Assembly (NCBI GenBank): GCA_040219255.1
Contig: JAVJSW010000006.1
Coordinates: forward strand, 1-22,088
DNA length: 22,088 nt
Origin: Sumerlaeia bacterium
GTDB lineage: Bacteria > Sumerlaeota > Sumerlaeia > SLMS01 > JAHLLQ01
Reading direction: 5' to 3'
The position numbers and the translations under genes were made by a program. Every line of letters begins with the position of its first letter. Positions within the stretch are counted from its first letter, which is position 1. This document shows positions 7,812 to 15,965 of this stretch, one piece after another. The notes under the pieces were generated by a model. It did no database searches, was not told where the DNA came from, and worked only from the letters and a program-made list of their open reading frames with translations.

Positions 7812-9197
7812 ATGACACGCGAAGCCGAACTGGTTCAAGCCGCCCAAGGGGGCGATGTAAATGCCTTCGAGGAACTCGTGCGCCAGCATCAGCAGCGCAT
7901 CGTGGCCCTGTGCCGCTCGCGGGTCCGCTGTGTCGATTCCGCCGAGGACCTGGCCCAGGAAACGTTCCTGCGGGCCTGGATGAATCTCGATCGGTTGCGG
8001 CCGCCTTACGCCTTCGGGGCGTGGACCCGCAGCATCGCGATGAATCTGACTCGGACGCGTCAGCGCAGCGAAGCTCGCGCCGCCGCCCATGGGGTCAACG
8101 TCGGGGGCGAGGGCCTCGCCCAAATCCCCGCGCCCCGCGCCGAGGCCCAGACCGTCGCCGATGAAATCGCCGAAGTGGTGGAGCAACTGCCTCCGGATCG
8201 CGCCGAACTCCTGGAGCTGTTTTTCGCCCAGGGGCTGACCAAGGCCGAAATCGCACAACGCAAAGGCGTTCATCCCGCCACCATCGGCCGTCATCTCGAC
8301 CGGGCGGTGGACGACCTGAGGATGCGCCTCGCGGCGCCTCCGGTTCCTGCGCGGGATCGCACTCCGATCGGTCCGCGTGCTCCACGGGCTTACCGCACCG
8401 TTGCGATCATCGCCGCCCTCACCGCGATTTCCGGCCACGCGTCCGCCGCTCCGGCCACCGCCGCCACCACAACCTCCGGCTCCACCACCGCGAAGGTGCT
8501 GACATTTTTGTCCAAAGGACTCAGCATCATGGGAACCACCAAGAAAACCGCCGCCGTCATCGCCACCGCCGCCATTCTGGCCGGAGGCGCCGCCGTCTAT
8601 CACCACAATCAGACGCCCCAACCCGCCACCCTGGCCGAAGCCGTCACCCAGCAAGTCGATCGCGCCGACAGCCGCAGCGCCATGTCCCACACCCTGGGCA
8701 CGGAATCCGTCTTCGAACTCGCGCCGGGCGAAAAGGCCGTGCTTTCGATCGGCGCCAATTCCTATGGTTACAAGGAAGTGGCCGTGACCCGAGATGTCGT
8801 CGACGCCTCGTTACAGATTCTGTTCGACGACGGCAGCACGCGTGCTTTTCGCGGCAGTCTCAACGAAGGAAACTTCGCTCTGCTTGGCGCCACGAACTAC
8901 ATCGAACAGGGCTCTGTCGAAGGTTCAAACGAGAATCCGCCTCCGGGCGTCATGACTTATCTGGTCTGGGAAAACGGACCGAACAGCTCGCGCTTCCACC
9001 TGGCCACGCGCGAGAGCCAGGCCTTTGGTAACGGTCTTCTCGGCATTCAGCGCGATGTCGAATCAGGCCGCATCTCGGAAAAGGCCGCCACCGCTGCGCT
9101 CGCGAAACTGATGAAGAACCACCGGATGTTGCCAGAGGGCGAAGTGTACCAGCAAGCGGGAGACCAGTTCATCCGCTTCCTTTCCAATGCTGGCTGA
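7812..9197 (+). CDS. ECF (sigma-70 group 4) sigma factor with long C-terminal membrane/extracytoplasmic extension (461 aa)
   Basis: AGGAG (7799-7803) precedes ATG 7812. Region 2: AEDLAQETFLRAW...FGAWTRSIAMN. Region 4: LPPDRAELLELFFAQGLTKAEIAQRKGVHPATIGRHLDRA. Then two hydrophobic segments and a ~200-aa soluble domain. Confidence 0.9.
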   Translation: MTREAELVQAAQGGDVNAFEELVRQHQQRIVALCRSRVRCVDSAEDLAQETFLRAWMNLDRLRPPYAFGAWTRSIAMNLTRTRQRSEARAAAHGVNVGGEGLAQIPAPRAEAQTVADEIAEVVEQLPPDRAELLELFFAQGLTKAEIAQRKGVHPATIGRHLDRAVDDLRMRLAAPPVPARDRTPIGPRAPRAYRTVAIIAALTAISGHASAAPATAATTTSGSTTAKVLTFLSKGLSIMGTTKKTAAVIATAAILAGGAAVYHHNQTPQPATLAEAVTQQVDRADSRSAMSHTLGTESVFELAPGEKAVLSIGANSYGYKEVAVTRDVVDASLQILFDDGSTRAFRGSLNEGNFALLGATNYIEQGSVEGSNENPPPGVMTYLVWENGPNSSRFHLATRESQAFGNGLLGIQRDVESGRISEKAATAALAKLMKNHRMLPEGEVYQQAGDQFIRFLSNAG

Positions 9198-9281
9198 CGT
9201 CCGGGTCCTGGCGCATTGACGCCCGGCACCCCATGGGTGTTTCTGGCCGTCCATCGATTCCGCGCCACGAGGCCACGCCCC

Positions 9282-9878
9282 ATGCCCACGCTCCTGATCG
9301 CCACCGGCAACGCCCACAAAGTCGACGAAATCCAAACCATCCTGCACGGCCTCACGGTCGATTGGAAAACGACCCGCGACGTGTCCGGCCTCGACGAGGA
9401 ACCGGAGGAATCGGCCCCGGACTTCGCCGGTAACGCCCTCATCAAAGCCCGCGCCTGGGCCAACGCCACCGGGCTTTGGACCATCGCCGACGACTCCGGG
9501 ATCGTGGTCGATGCGCTCGATGGGCGGCCGGGCGTCAAATCCGCCCGCTACGCCCCCACGACAGAGGAGCGGAACGCCAAACTCCTTAAAGAACTCGACG
9601 GCGTCCCGATGGAACGCCGGACTGCCCGCTTCCTCTGCGTCGCCGCCCTGGTGGGGCCCGATGGCCAGGAAGAAACCGCCGAGGGCCTCTGCGAAGGCCG
9701 CATCGCCTTCCACCCCGCGGGCGAGGGCGGCTTCGGCTACGACCCGTTGTTCCTGCCCGACGGCACCATCGACAAGCATCTGGCCGAACTGACCGCCGAG
9801 GAAAAGCACGCCATCAGCCATCGCGGCCGGGCCTTCCGGGCGCTCAGGCCGAAGATCGAAATGCGGTTGGGGATCTGA
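9282..9878 (+). CDS. rdgB: Non-canonical purine NTP (dITP/XTP) pyrophosphatase, RdgB/HAM1 family
   Basis: Motifs ATGNAHK, ADDSG, PGVKSARYA, GFGYDPLF and SHRGRA; 198 aa. Confidence 0.95.
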   Translation: MPTLLIATGNAHKVDEIQTILHGLTVDWKTTRDVSGLDEEPEESAPDFAGNALIKARAWANATGLWTIADDSGIVVDALDGRPGVKSARYAPTTEERNAKLLKELDGVPMERRTARFLCVAALVGPDGQEETAEGLCEGRIAFHPAGEGGFGYDPLFLPDGTIDKHLAELTAEEKHAISHRGRAFRALRPKIEMRLGI

Positions 9879-9900
9879 AGGCCGAGGCTCCGGCTCGCTC

Positions 9901-10113
9901 CTACAGGTCTCTCGCCAGGCTTTCGTTCTGGAACCCACAGCTTTTGTGCGAGCCATCGCACAGCGGCGAGTTCTTGGTCTGGCCACAGCGGCAGATGAAC
10001 AGTGTCTTGCGGTCGCCGAGACCGTAGGGATTTCCGGCGGCGTCGAACAGTTCGAAATCGCCTTCGACTTTTAAAGAGCCGTTATTGCCAACGGTGATGC
10101 GGGTGGCGGCCAT
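9901..10113 (-). CDS. CDGSH iron-sulfur domain protein (70 aa)
   Basis: CRCGQTKNSPLCDGSH matches the CDGSH [2Fe-2S] motif. NGSLKVEG in the N-terminal part; GGAG upstream of the ATG. Confidence 0.92.
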   Translation of the reverse strand: MAATRITVGNNGSLKVEGDFELFDAAGNPYGLGDRKTLFICRCGQTKNSPLCDGSHKSCGFQNESLARDL

Positions 10114-10153
10114 AGGGAGGAAGCTCCGGCGGGAAATGGGATCATCGAGGTAC

Positions 10154-10182
10154 AAGTTGCGGGGTCGCCGCGCGCGTGTCAA
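10154..10182 (-). promoter_or_regulatory. Candidate sigma-70 promoter for the CDGSH gene
   Basis: Perfect TTGACA on the minus strand (10182-10177), 17-nt spacer, weak -10 CAACTT. Confidence 0.3.
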
Positions 10183-10285
10183 TTCTCTCCGGTGGGCATT
10201 GCGGACGGCGCCCGGCGCGGAATAAGCTAACCCTCTCTGGTAACAATCCGGCGCCCGCGAAAGGCGCCATCGGAAGGCGAACGAT

Positions 10286-11698
10286 ATGGACGCGAAGCAC
10301 TCGAAGACCCTGGGCCTGCTGGGCGGATTTCTGATTGGCGACGCCATGGGCGCGCCCTTCAACGGCATCAAGGCCGGCCACATTCAACAGGTGGCCGACG
10401 GACGCGTGGATGGTTTCATCGCCAGCGACAAGCCCATCCTGTTCCCCGAAAAACCCAGCCAGAACCGCTACCCGGGCCTCCACACGGCCCATGGCCAGGC
10501 GCTCCTGGCCGTGGTGGCGGGCTCTGTGGACGACCAAAGCGGCCAGCACCCGGTGTCGCGAACGGCGGCCCGGTTGAAGGACCTGGCCGGCGATGGCGAC
10601 GCGGCGCACCATACGCTCGGCGCGTTGCGGGGTCTCGGCAAACCGTTGATGCGGTCCCTCGCGCGCTGGAACGCGGAGTACCCGTGGGAGCCGCAAGATC
10701 ATTTCGCGCCCTCCGAAGTCTCCGAGGGCGCCTCGCCCTGCGCCATGGCCGTGGCCTGCGCGGCCGTCGAGGGCGGCGACCCCATCGAATACGCCCGCCT
10801 GACGCACACCAAAGAAGCCTCGTTGGTGGCGGCGTGGACGATCTGGAAGGCCGCTCGCCTGCTCCTCGCCGAGGAAAACCCCAAGAAACCCGACGCCGCC
10901 GGCATCGTGCGCCAGCTTCACGAAGGCGCCCGCGCCCTGGAAGACGAACTGCGCCAAGGCGACATCGCCGGCACCTGGCAGGCGCTCGGCTGGGGCCGCA
11001 CCCCCGTCAAGAGGTTCAGCGATTGCCTTGAGCCCCTGAAGACCATGCTGGAACTGAACGACGACAACGTGGCGGAAAAAACGATCATTAACACAGCGGG
11101 GGATTATTCGCCCGATCGCAACGTCACGCACGTCCAGCACGGCTTCGCGGCGGCGCTCGTGCCGTGGGTGCTGTACCGCGCCCTGGGCCCCATGAACCCC
11201 GCCCACGCCATCGAAGACGCGGTCAATCGGGGCGGCGAAACCAGCCTCGCCGCCGGTCTCATCGGCGCCCTGCAAGGCGCCCGCTGGGGCAACGAGCACC
11301 TGCCCGACGAATGGACCGGCGGCTGCCACGGCTACCGCACGGCTCAATTCTTCCTGGACAACATCTCGGAAAACGCGGTGGAGGCCTGGCTGGCCGACGA
11401 ACGGCGCTGGACCGACCTGGAGCAATCCATGCAGGCCCCCATCCGCAACCAGTTCGACAAAGCCAAAGCGTCCTCTCCGCCGAAAAAGAAGAAGCCCAAA
11501 TCCTCCGGCCCCGACCCGCACATCCACTCCTTCACCACCCAGGAAGAGCGCCATCAGGCCGAGGTGGCGGCGGCGCTGGAAGACGAAGACCTCGACCCCC
11601 GCGAGAAAAAGCGCCTCAAAACCGAACGCGGCAAAAAACGCATCTCCTGGAAAGACCAACGCGGCATCAAGCCCCGCGACGGGTTCGACGAGGAGTAG
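10286..11698 (+). CDS. ADP-ribosylglycohydrolase (DraG/ARH) fold protein with non-canonical metal motifs and a charged C-terminal tail
   Basis: Keeps GDAMGAP, ARLTH and AVNRGG..AAGLIGALQGARWG..LPDEW. The TDD and DxDT motifs are replaced by TAH and ETSL. Confidence 0.85.
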   Translation: MDAKHSKTLGLLGGFLIGDAMGAPFNGIKAGHIQQVADGRVDGFIASDKPILFPEKPSQNRYPGLHTAHGQALLAVVAGSVDDQSGQHPVSRTAARLKDLAGDGDAAHHTLGALRGLGKPLMRSLARWNAEYPWEPQDHFAPSEVSEGASPCAMAVACAAVEGGDPIEYARLTHTKEASLVAAWTIWKAARLLLAEENPKKPDAAGIVRQLHEGARALEDELRQGDIAGTWQALGWGRTPVKRFSDCLEPLKTMLELNDDNVAEKTIINTAGDYSPDRNVTHVQHGFAAALVPWVLYRALGPMNPAHAIEDAVNRGGETSLAAGLIGALQGARWGNEHLPDEWTGGCHGYRTAQFFLDNISENAVEAWLADERRWTDLEQSMQAPIRNQFDKAKASSPPKKKKPKSSGPDPHIHSFTTQEERHQAEVAAALEDEDLDPREKKRLKTERGKKRISWKDQRGIKPRDGFDEE

Positions 11699-11721
11699 AG
11701 TCGGCGAGTGGAAGGAATTCA

Positions 11722-11898
11722 CCACAGAGTCACAGAGGACACAGAGATTGCTGAAGTGATTTGGTTTATGTGATTGTAGGGGAGAGCGCATCAGCTTTGT
11801 CAGATCGAGCGGATGCCCAGACCTGACGTGCTGCCAGAACGATCTGATGGAGACTCGGCAGGATTGTGAAGTCTCTGTGAAGACTCCGTCCTCTGTGG
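11722..11898. repeat. Short element bounded by inverted CACAGAG multimers
   Basis: CACAGAG x3 at 11723, 11731 and 11740. Complementary CTCTGTG (11873), CTCCGTC (11884) and CTCTGTGG (11891). Interior is AT-richer and non-coding. Confidence 0.55.
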
Positions 11899-11989
11899 CA
11901 CTTTGAGGTGAAAGGTCCCACGGGCTTTTTCGCGTCCACGATCCGGCTTGACCCAAATCTAACGGTCGGTCTTTCCTGTCCGAACTCTA

Positions 11990-12003
11990 TGCAATTAGTT
12001 GCA
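11990..12003. promoter_or_regulatory. Palindromic operator candidate TGCAA-N4-TTGCA upstream of the symporter
   Basis: TGCAATTAGTTGCA lies ~30 bp before ATG 12033, downstream of a TTGACC (11948). Confidence 0.35.
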
Positions 12004-12032
12004 AGACATGAAGGGACTGGCACCACCGACTG

Positions 12033-13679
12033 ATGGATTGGCAAGCATACTCGGATACACTCACTCCTATTGGCATTCTCGATTATTTGATTATCGGCCT
12101 CTACGGCCTCTTCATTCTCGGCTACGGCGTCTATAAGGCACGCACCGTCAAGACCAGCGAGGACTACCTGGTCGCCGGGCGCGGGCTTGGGCTGTTCGTG
12201 CTGGTGGGGACGTTGGTCATGACCGAGCTGAACACCGCGGCGGTGGTCGGCTGGTCGCCCTTCGGGTACAGCGCCGGGCCGTGGGCGCTGGTGCTGCCGC
12301 TCTGCTTCGTGGTGGGGCTGGGGGCCTACACGGTGCTGGTGGCCAAGCGCTGGAAGCGCCTTGACGCGACCAGTATTTCCGAGATGGCCGAGGCTCGCTT
12401 CGGTCCAAAGCTGCGGGCTCTCGTGGCGGTGCTTTCGATCTTCTCGCTGTGCCTCTACGGCCCGGCCTACCTCAAGGCCGCGAGCACGATGTTCTCCATC
12501 GCGCTCGGCGATTTCGAACTCCAATACGTCGGCATCACGACCACCGTTCTCTGCATCAGCGTGCTCATCTTCACCCTGGCGGGGGGCCTTGTCTCGGTGG
12601 TGTGGACGGACTTGGCTTCGTTCCTGATCACGATCGTGACGGTTCCAGTGCTGGTGGTGGTGTGCTGGGTCAAGGGCGGCGGCATCAGCGGGCTTCAGGC
12701 CGCCTACCCGCCAGAGGCGTTGTCCTTCAACCCGGCGGCACACATGGCCGACCCGACGGTTCCGGTGACCTTCGTCATCGCCCTCTACGGGTTACTGTTT
12801 CTGATCTATTGCCAGGCCCCCTGGTACGGCCAGCGCATGTTCGCCGCCAAGAACCCCAAGACCGCCTACTCGGGCATGGCCATCGCCACGGTGCTGATCG
12901 TGCTGCTTTACGGAGCGTATCTGCTGGTGTGCGCGATGGCACGAGCCGGTTTCACGGCCGAGGGCTTGCCGCCCCTGCCGGCCTCCGAGCAGGAAAAGGT
13001 CCTCGGTCTGGCCATCGTGCATTGGATGCCGCCGGTGATGAAGGGCCTGATGCTGGCGATGATCTTCGCGGTCTGCCAGACCACGCTCTCCTCGATCTGG
13101 AACGTGAACGTTTCCATGATGAGCCAGGACCTTTATCGCGGCTTCTTCAAGCGCGACGCCACCGACGGCCAAGTCCTCAAGTTCTCGCGCCTCATCACCG
13201 TGGTGGTGGCGGGCATCACGATCTACCTTTCGCTGGTGGGATCCCGGGTGCTGGGATTGCTGTTCCTGGCGAACGTCTTCACCGTGGCGCTGTTCTTCGT
13301 GGTGGTCGCCGGGTTCCTGTGGTGGGGCGCGACGAGCCGGGGGACCTGGATTACCACGGGGTTGAGCATCCTGGTGGGCTTCTGGATTATATACTTCAAG
13401 AGCAACGAAGCGGGGATCCAGACCGTGAACCTGTTCGGACTGAAGATCTGGGAGGGCCCGCTGGCCAGCGAACCGTGGATGTTCGCCCTCTGCATCCTGG
13501 TGATGCCGGTGGTCGTGATCATCGGCGTGGGGATTTGCCTGTTCGACAAGGAAGACGACACGGCTATCGCGAAACGCATCGCGTTCTTCGACCGCTGCGG
13601 CGCGCCCCTGTTCGGCAAGCGGGCTTACGAAGCGGCCAAGCGCCGCCTGACGCCGGGGAATGGAGCCGTGGTCAAATAG
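12033..13679 (+). CDS. Sodium:solute symporter (SSS) family transporter, 548 aa
   Basis: Many TM helices; EDYLVAGRGL, IFTLAGGLVSVVWTD, QRMFAAKN and QDLY motifs. Substrate not inferable. Confidence 0.93.
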   Translation: MDWQAYSDTLTPIGILDYLIIGLYGLFILGYGVYKARTVKTSEDYLVAGRGLGLFVLVGTLVMTELNTAAVVGWSPFGYSAGPWALVLPLCFVVGLGAYTVLVAKRWKRLDATSISEMAEARFGPKLRALVAVLSIFSLCLYGPAYLKAASTMFSIALGDFELQYVGITTTVLCISVLIFTLAGGLVSVVWTDLASFLITIVTVPVLVVVCWVKGGGISGLQAAYPPEALSFNPAAHMADPTVPVTFVIALYGLLFLIYCQAPWYGQRMFAAKNPKTAYSGMAIATVLIVLLYGAYLLVCAMARAGFTAEGLPPLPASEQEKVLGLAIVHWMPPVMKGLMLAMIFAVCQTTLSSIWNVNVSMMSQDLYRGFFKRDATDGQVLKFSRLITVVVAGITIYLSLVGSRVLGLLFLANVFTVALFFVVVAGFLWWGATSRGTWITTGLSILVGFWIIYFKSNEAGIQTVNLFGLKIWEGPLASEPWMFALCILVMPVVVIIGVGICLFDKEDDTAIAKRIAFFDRCGAPLFGKRAYEAAKRRLTPGNGAVVK

Positions 13680-13780
13680 GTGGCTCAGCGGGCAACGGCT
13701 CCTGCGGAGAGAGCCTGGATGCCTTGGATCGGCCAAACGCAGAGTGCCTCGATGGCGCGGGATGACGTCCCGGTCCCGCC

Positions 13781-14707
13781 TCAGGGTTCGAGGGCGAGGC
13801 GGCTTTCGATGGCGCCGCCGTGGATCGTGTGCCAGCACTCCAGCATATCGTCCGACAGGCTGAGAAAAAGCCGGTCGCCTTCCTTCTGCAGACTCGCCAG
13901 GCGCTTGTCCTTCTTGCCGCCGGGTTTGTGGCGGGCGCGTTCAGACAGGATTTCCGCCCGCAGCACACGCAGGTCGTTCATGGCTCCGATGGCGTCGTGA
14001 ATATCGTCGAGGGCGTCGTAAACCGCGCCCCAAGAGTCCTCGACGTGATCGCGGAGGAATCCCGCGGCGTCCCGCAGGCGCTTGTTGGTCTTGCGGAAAT
14101 CGTGCAGGTTTTCGCCGGTCATCTGGCGCGCGGCGACAGCCCGCCGCTCCAGCCACTTGTCATGAAACGCGCCGACGAGGGCGCGTTCGAGATCGAGCTG
14201 GCTTCGGCTGCCGAGGTGCCCGTTCGAGGTCCCGGACGAGGAGGGCCGGACCTCGGCCCAGGCGGTCAGCTCTTTGATGGCGGCGCGCGTTTCCTCGCCC
14301 ATGTTGCGGTCGAGAGCCTCGGCGAGGACCTCGACCACGCCGCGGCGCTTCTCGCGCAGGCGCTCGAGCATCATGGCCGAGCCCTTCTTCGCCTTCTTCG
14401 ATTTCGTCCGGCTGGCCAGCGTCTCGATCCAGTCCATGGTGACATCCAGGTCGCGGGCGGGGGAGAGAAGCCGCTGCCAGGAGCGCAGTTGCTTGATGGG
14501 CTCTTGCAACTCGTCCGCCAGCCCCGCGTCCTTCAGGATTCGGCGCATGCTGCGCATCCGATTGATGGCCTTGCGCTGCTCGTGAATTGGCACGTTGGAG
14601 CCCGGCTCCAGCAAGACAGGCCATTGCTCTTCGACGACTTGCAGGTAGCCGCGAAGCCGCTCCACAACGATTCGTTCGAGAAATTGCGATGCCGCTTTCG
14701 TTTTCAT
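13781..14707 (-). CDS. CHAD domain protein (polyphosphate-binding family)
   Basis: Motifs IHEQRKAINRMRS, LSPARDLDV, LHDFRKTNKRLR and IHDAIGAMND; basic, helical. Confidence 0.88.
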   Translation of the reverse strand: MKTKAASQFLERIVVERLRGYLQVVEEQWPVLLEPGSNVPIHEQRKAINRMRSMRRILKDAGLADELQEPIKQLRSWQRLLSPARDLDVTMDWIETLASRTKSKKAKKGSAMMLERLREKRRGVVEVLAEALDRNMGEETRAAIKELTAWAEVRPSSSGTSNGHLGSRSQLDLERALVGAFHDKWLERRAVAARQMTGENLHDFRKTNKRLRDAAGFLRDHVEDSWGAVYDALDDIHDAIGAMNDLRVLRAEILSERARHKPGGKKDKRLASLQKEGDRLFLSLSDDMLECWHTIHGGAIESRLALEP

Positions 14708-14744
14708 GGGTCAAGCCTCCGGCCCTTGCTGTAACAACAATCGT

Positions 14745-15845
14745 TCACGTTTTTTCGCCATCGCGTCTCAGGTGGTCGATGGGCAGGATCAGGCGAAAGG
14801 TCGTCAGTCCGTCCGGCACGCTCTCGCAGGTCACGCATCCGCCGTGGGCCCTGGCCACATGCCAGACGACATAGAGCCCAAGGCCGGAGCCGGAAATGCC
14901 ACGCGAACTGTCCGCCCGGCTGTAGCGCTCGAAGATGGTCTCCCGCTCTTCCTCCGACAGCGACGGGCCATTGTTCGAGATCGCGATGCAGTAGCATTCG
15001 CCGTGCTCCGGGAGGTCTTCGCGGCTGAGGGCCACATGCGTCTGGCCGCCGCGCGGCGTGTACTTCAGCGCGTTCGACAGAATGTTCCCCAGCGCGCGCG
15101 AGAGCAGGGGCTCATCGCCTAGATAATACACGTCGCGGCCGAAGCCATGGATGTCGCTCGTCAGCGCGATGTGCTTTGTCTCGAATTCCGGTTGGTGCAG
15201 GCGGATCGCGTCCTCCACCACATCGTCGAGGCGCACCGGAATGGGCTGGATGGCGAGGCGGCCTTCCTCGACCCGTGCCTGCGTCAGGAAGTTGTCGAGC
15301 AGCGCCAGGATGCGTTGACTGTTGAGGACGATCTTGCGCGAGAACTCGCGGACCTTGGGGGGAATGTCGCCGTGCCGCGGATCGTCCAGGAACTCGGCGT
15401 AGCCCATGACACTGCTCAGCGGCACCTTGATGTCATGGGTAATCATGCGGACCGTATCGCGGCGAAGACGCTCCGTCTCGACCCGCTCGTAAACGCGCTT
15501 CACGCTCAGCAGCAGGCGCTCGAATTCGAAGGGTTTGGGAATGTAGTCGGCGACTTGCTTGTGAATGGCCTCGATGGCGGACTCGGTCGAGGCGTGACCG
15601 GTGATGACGATGACCGCCACGTCGGGCTTGCTGGCGGCCAGTTCCTCGATCACGCCGAAGCCATCGAGGTCGGGCATGCGGAGATCGGTGATGACCAGGT
15701 CCGCTTCGTTCTGGCCGAGCCACTCGACCGCCTCGCGGCCGCTCGTGGTCCAGTGAACGCGGTACTCCTGCTCGCCCAGCAGGTCCGCCAGGCTCTCGGC
15801 GATCCGCCGTTCGTCGTCCACCACCAGTATTGTGAAGTCCGTCAT
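14745..15845 (-). CDS. Cytoplasmic hybrid kinase: receiver + HisKA + HATPase (366 aa)
   Basis: REC: VVDDE, TDLRMP, ITGH, PKPF. H-box THDIKVPL, N-box NILSNALKY, G2 GSGLGL. No TM or sensor domain. Confidence 0.92.
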   Translation of the reverse strand: MTDFTILVVDDERRIAESLADLLGEQEYRVHWTTSGREAVEWLGQNEADLVITDLRMPDLDGFGVIEELAASKPDVAVIVITGHASTESAIEAIHKQVADYIPKPFEFERLLLSVKRVYERVETERLRRDTVRMITHDIKVPLSSVMGYAEFLDDPRHGDIPPKVREFSRKIVLNSQRILALLDNFLTQARVEEGRLAIQPIPVRLDDVVEDAIRLHQPEFETKHIALTSDIHGFGRDVYYLGDEPLLSRALGNILSNALKYTPRGGQTHVALSREDLPEHGECYCIAISNNGPSLSEEERETIFERYSRADSSRGISGSGLGLYVVWHVARAHGGCVTCESVPDGLTTFRLILPIDHLRRDGEKT

Positions 15846-15866
15846 CGTTTCCCGCCGTCCTCTGGC

Positions 15867-15895
15867 TTGCACCGGCCGCGCCGGCCCGCTACCGT
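15867..15895 (+). promoter_or_regulatory. Candidate sigma-70 promoter for the NtrC-family gene
   Basis: TTGCAC-N17-TACCGT in the divergent intergenic region, 70 bp before ATG 15966. Confidence 0.4.
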
Positions 15896-15965
15896 TTCCC
15901 ACTCTATCGCTCAAGCCGTCCCTTCGGCACAAGCGGGGACATCTCGCGCTCGACAGCTTTCGCCC

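Noticed and set aside
1031-14734. Long alternative-frame and antisense ORFs (e.g. 1031-2236, 3419-4831, 4956-6227, 10142-11956, 12449-13765, 13820-14734)
   Set aside because: They overlap well-supported genes, have no recognisable motifs, and are expected in high-GC DNA.
15147-15965. N-terminal extension of the 738-aa NtrC ORF
   Set aside because: It is the antisense shadow of the kinase gene. The receiver domain starts at ATG 15966.
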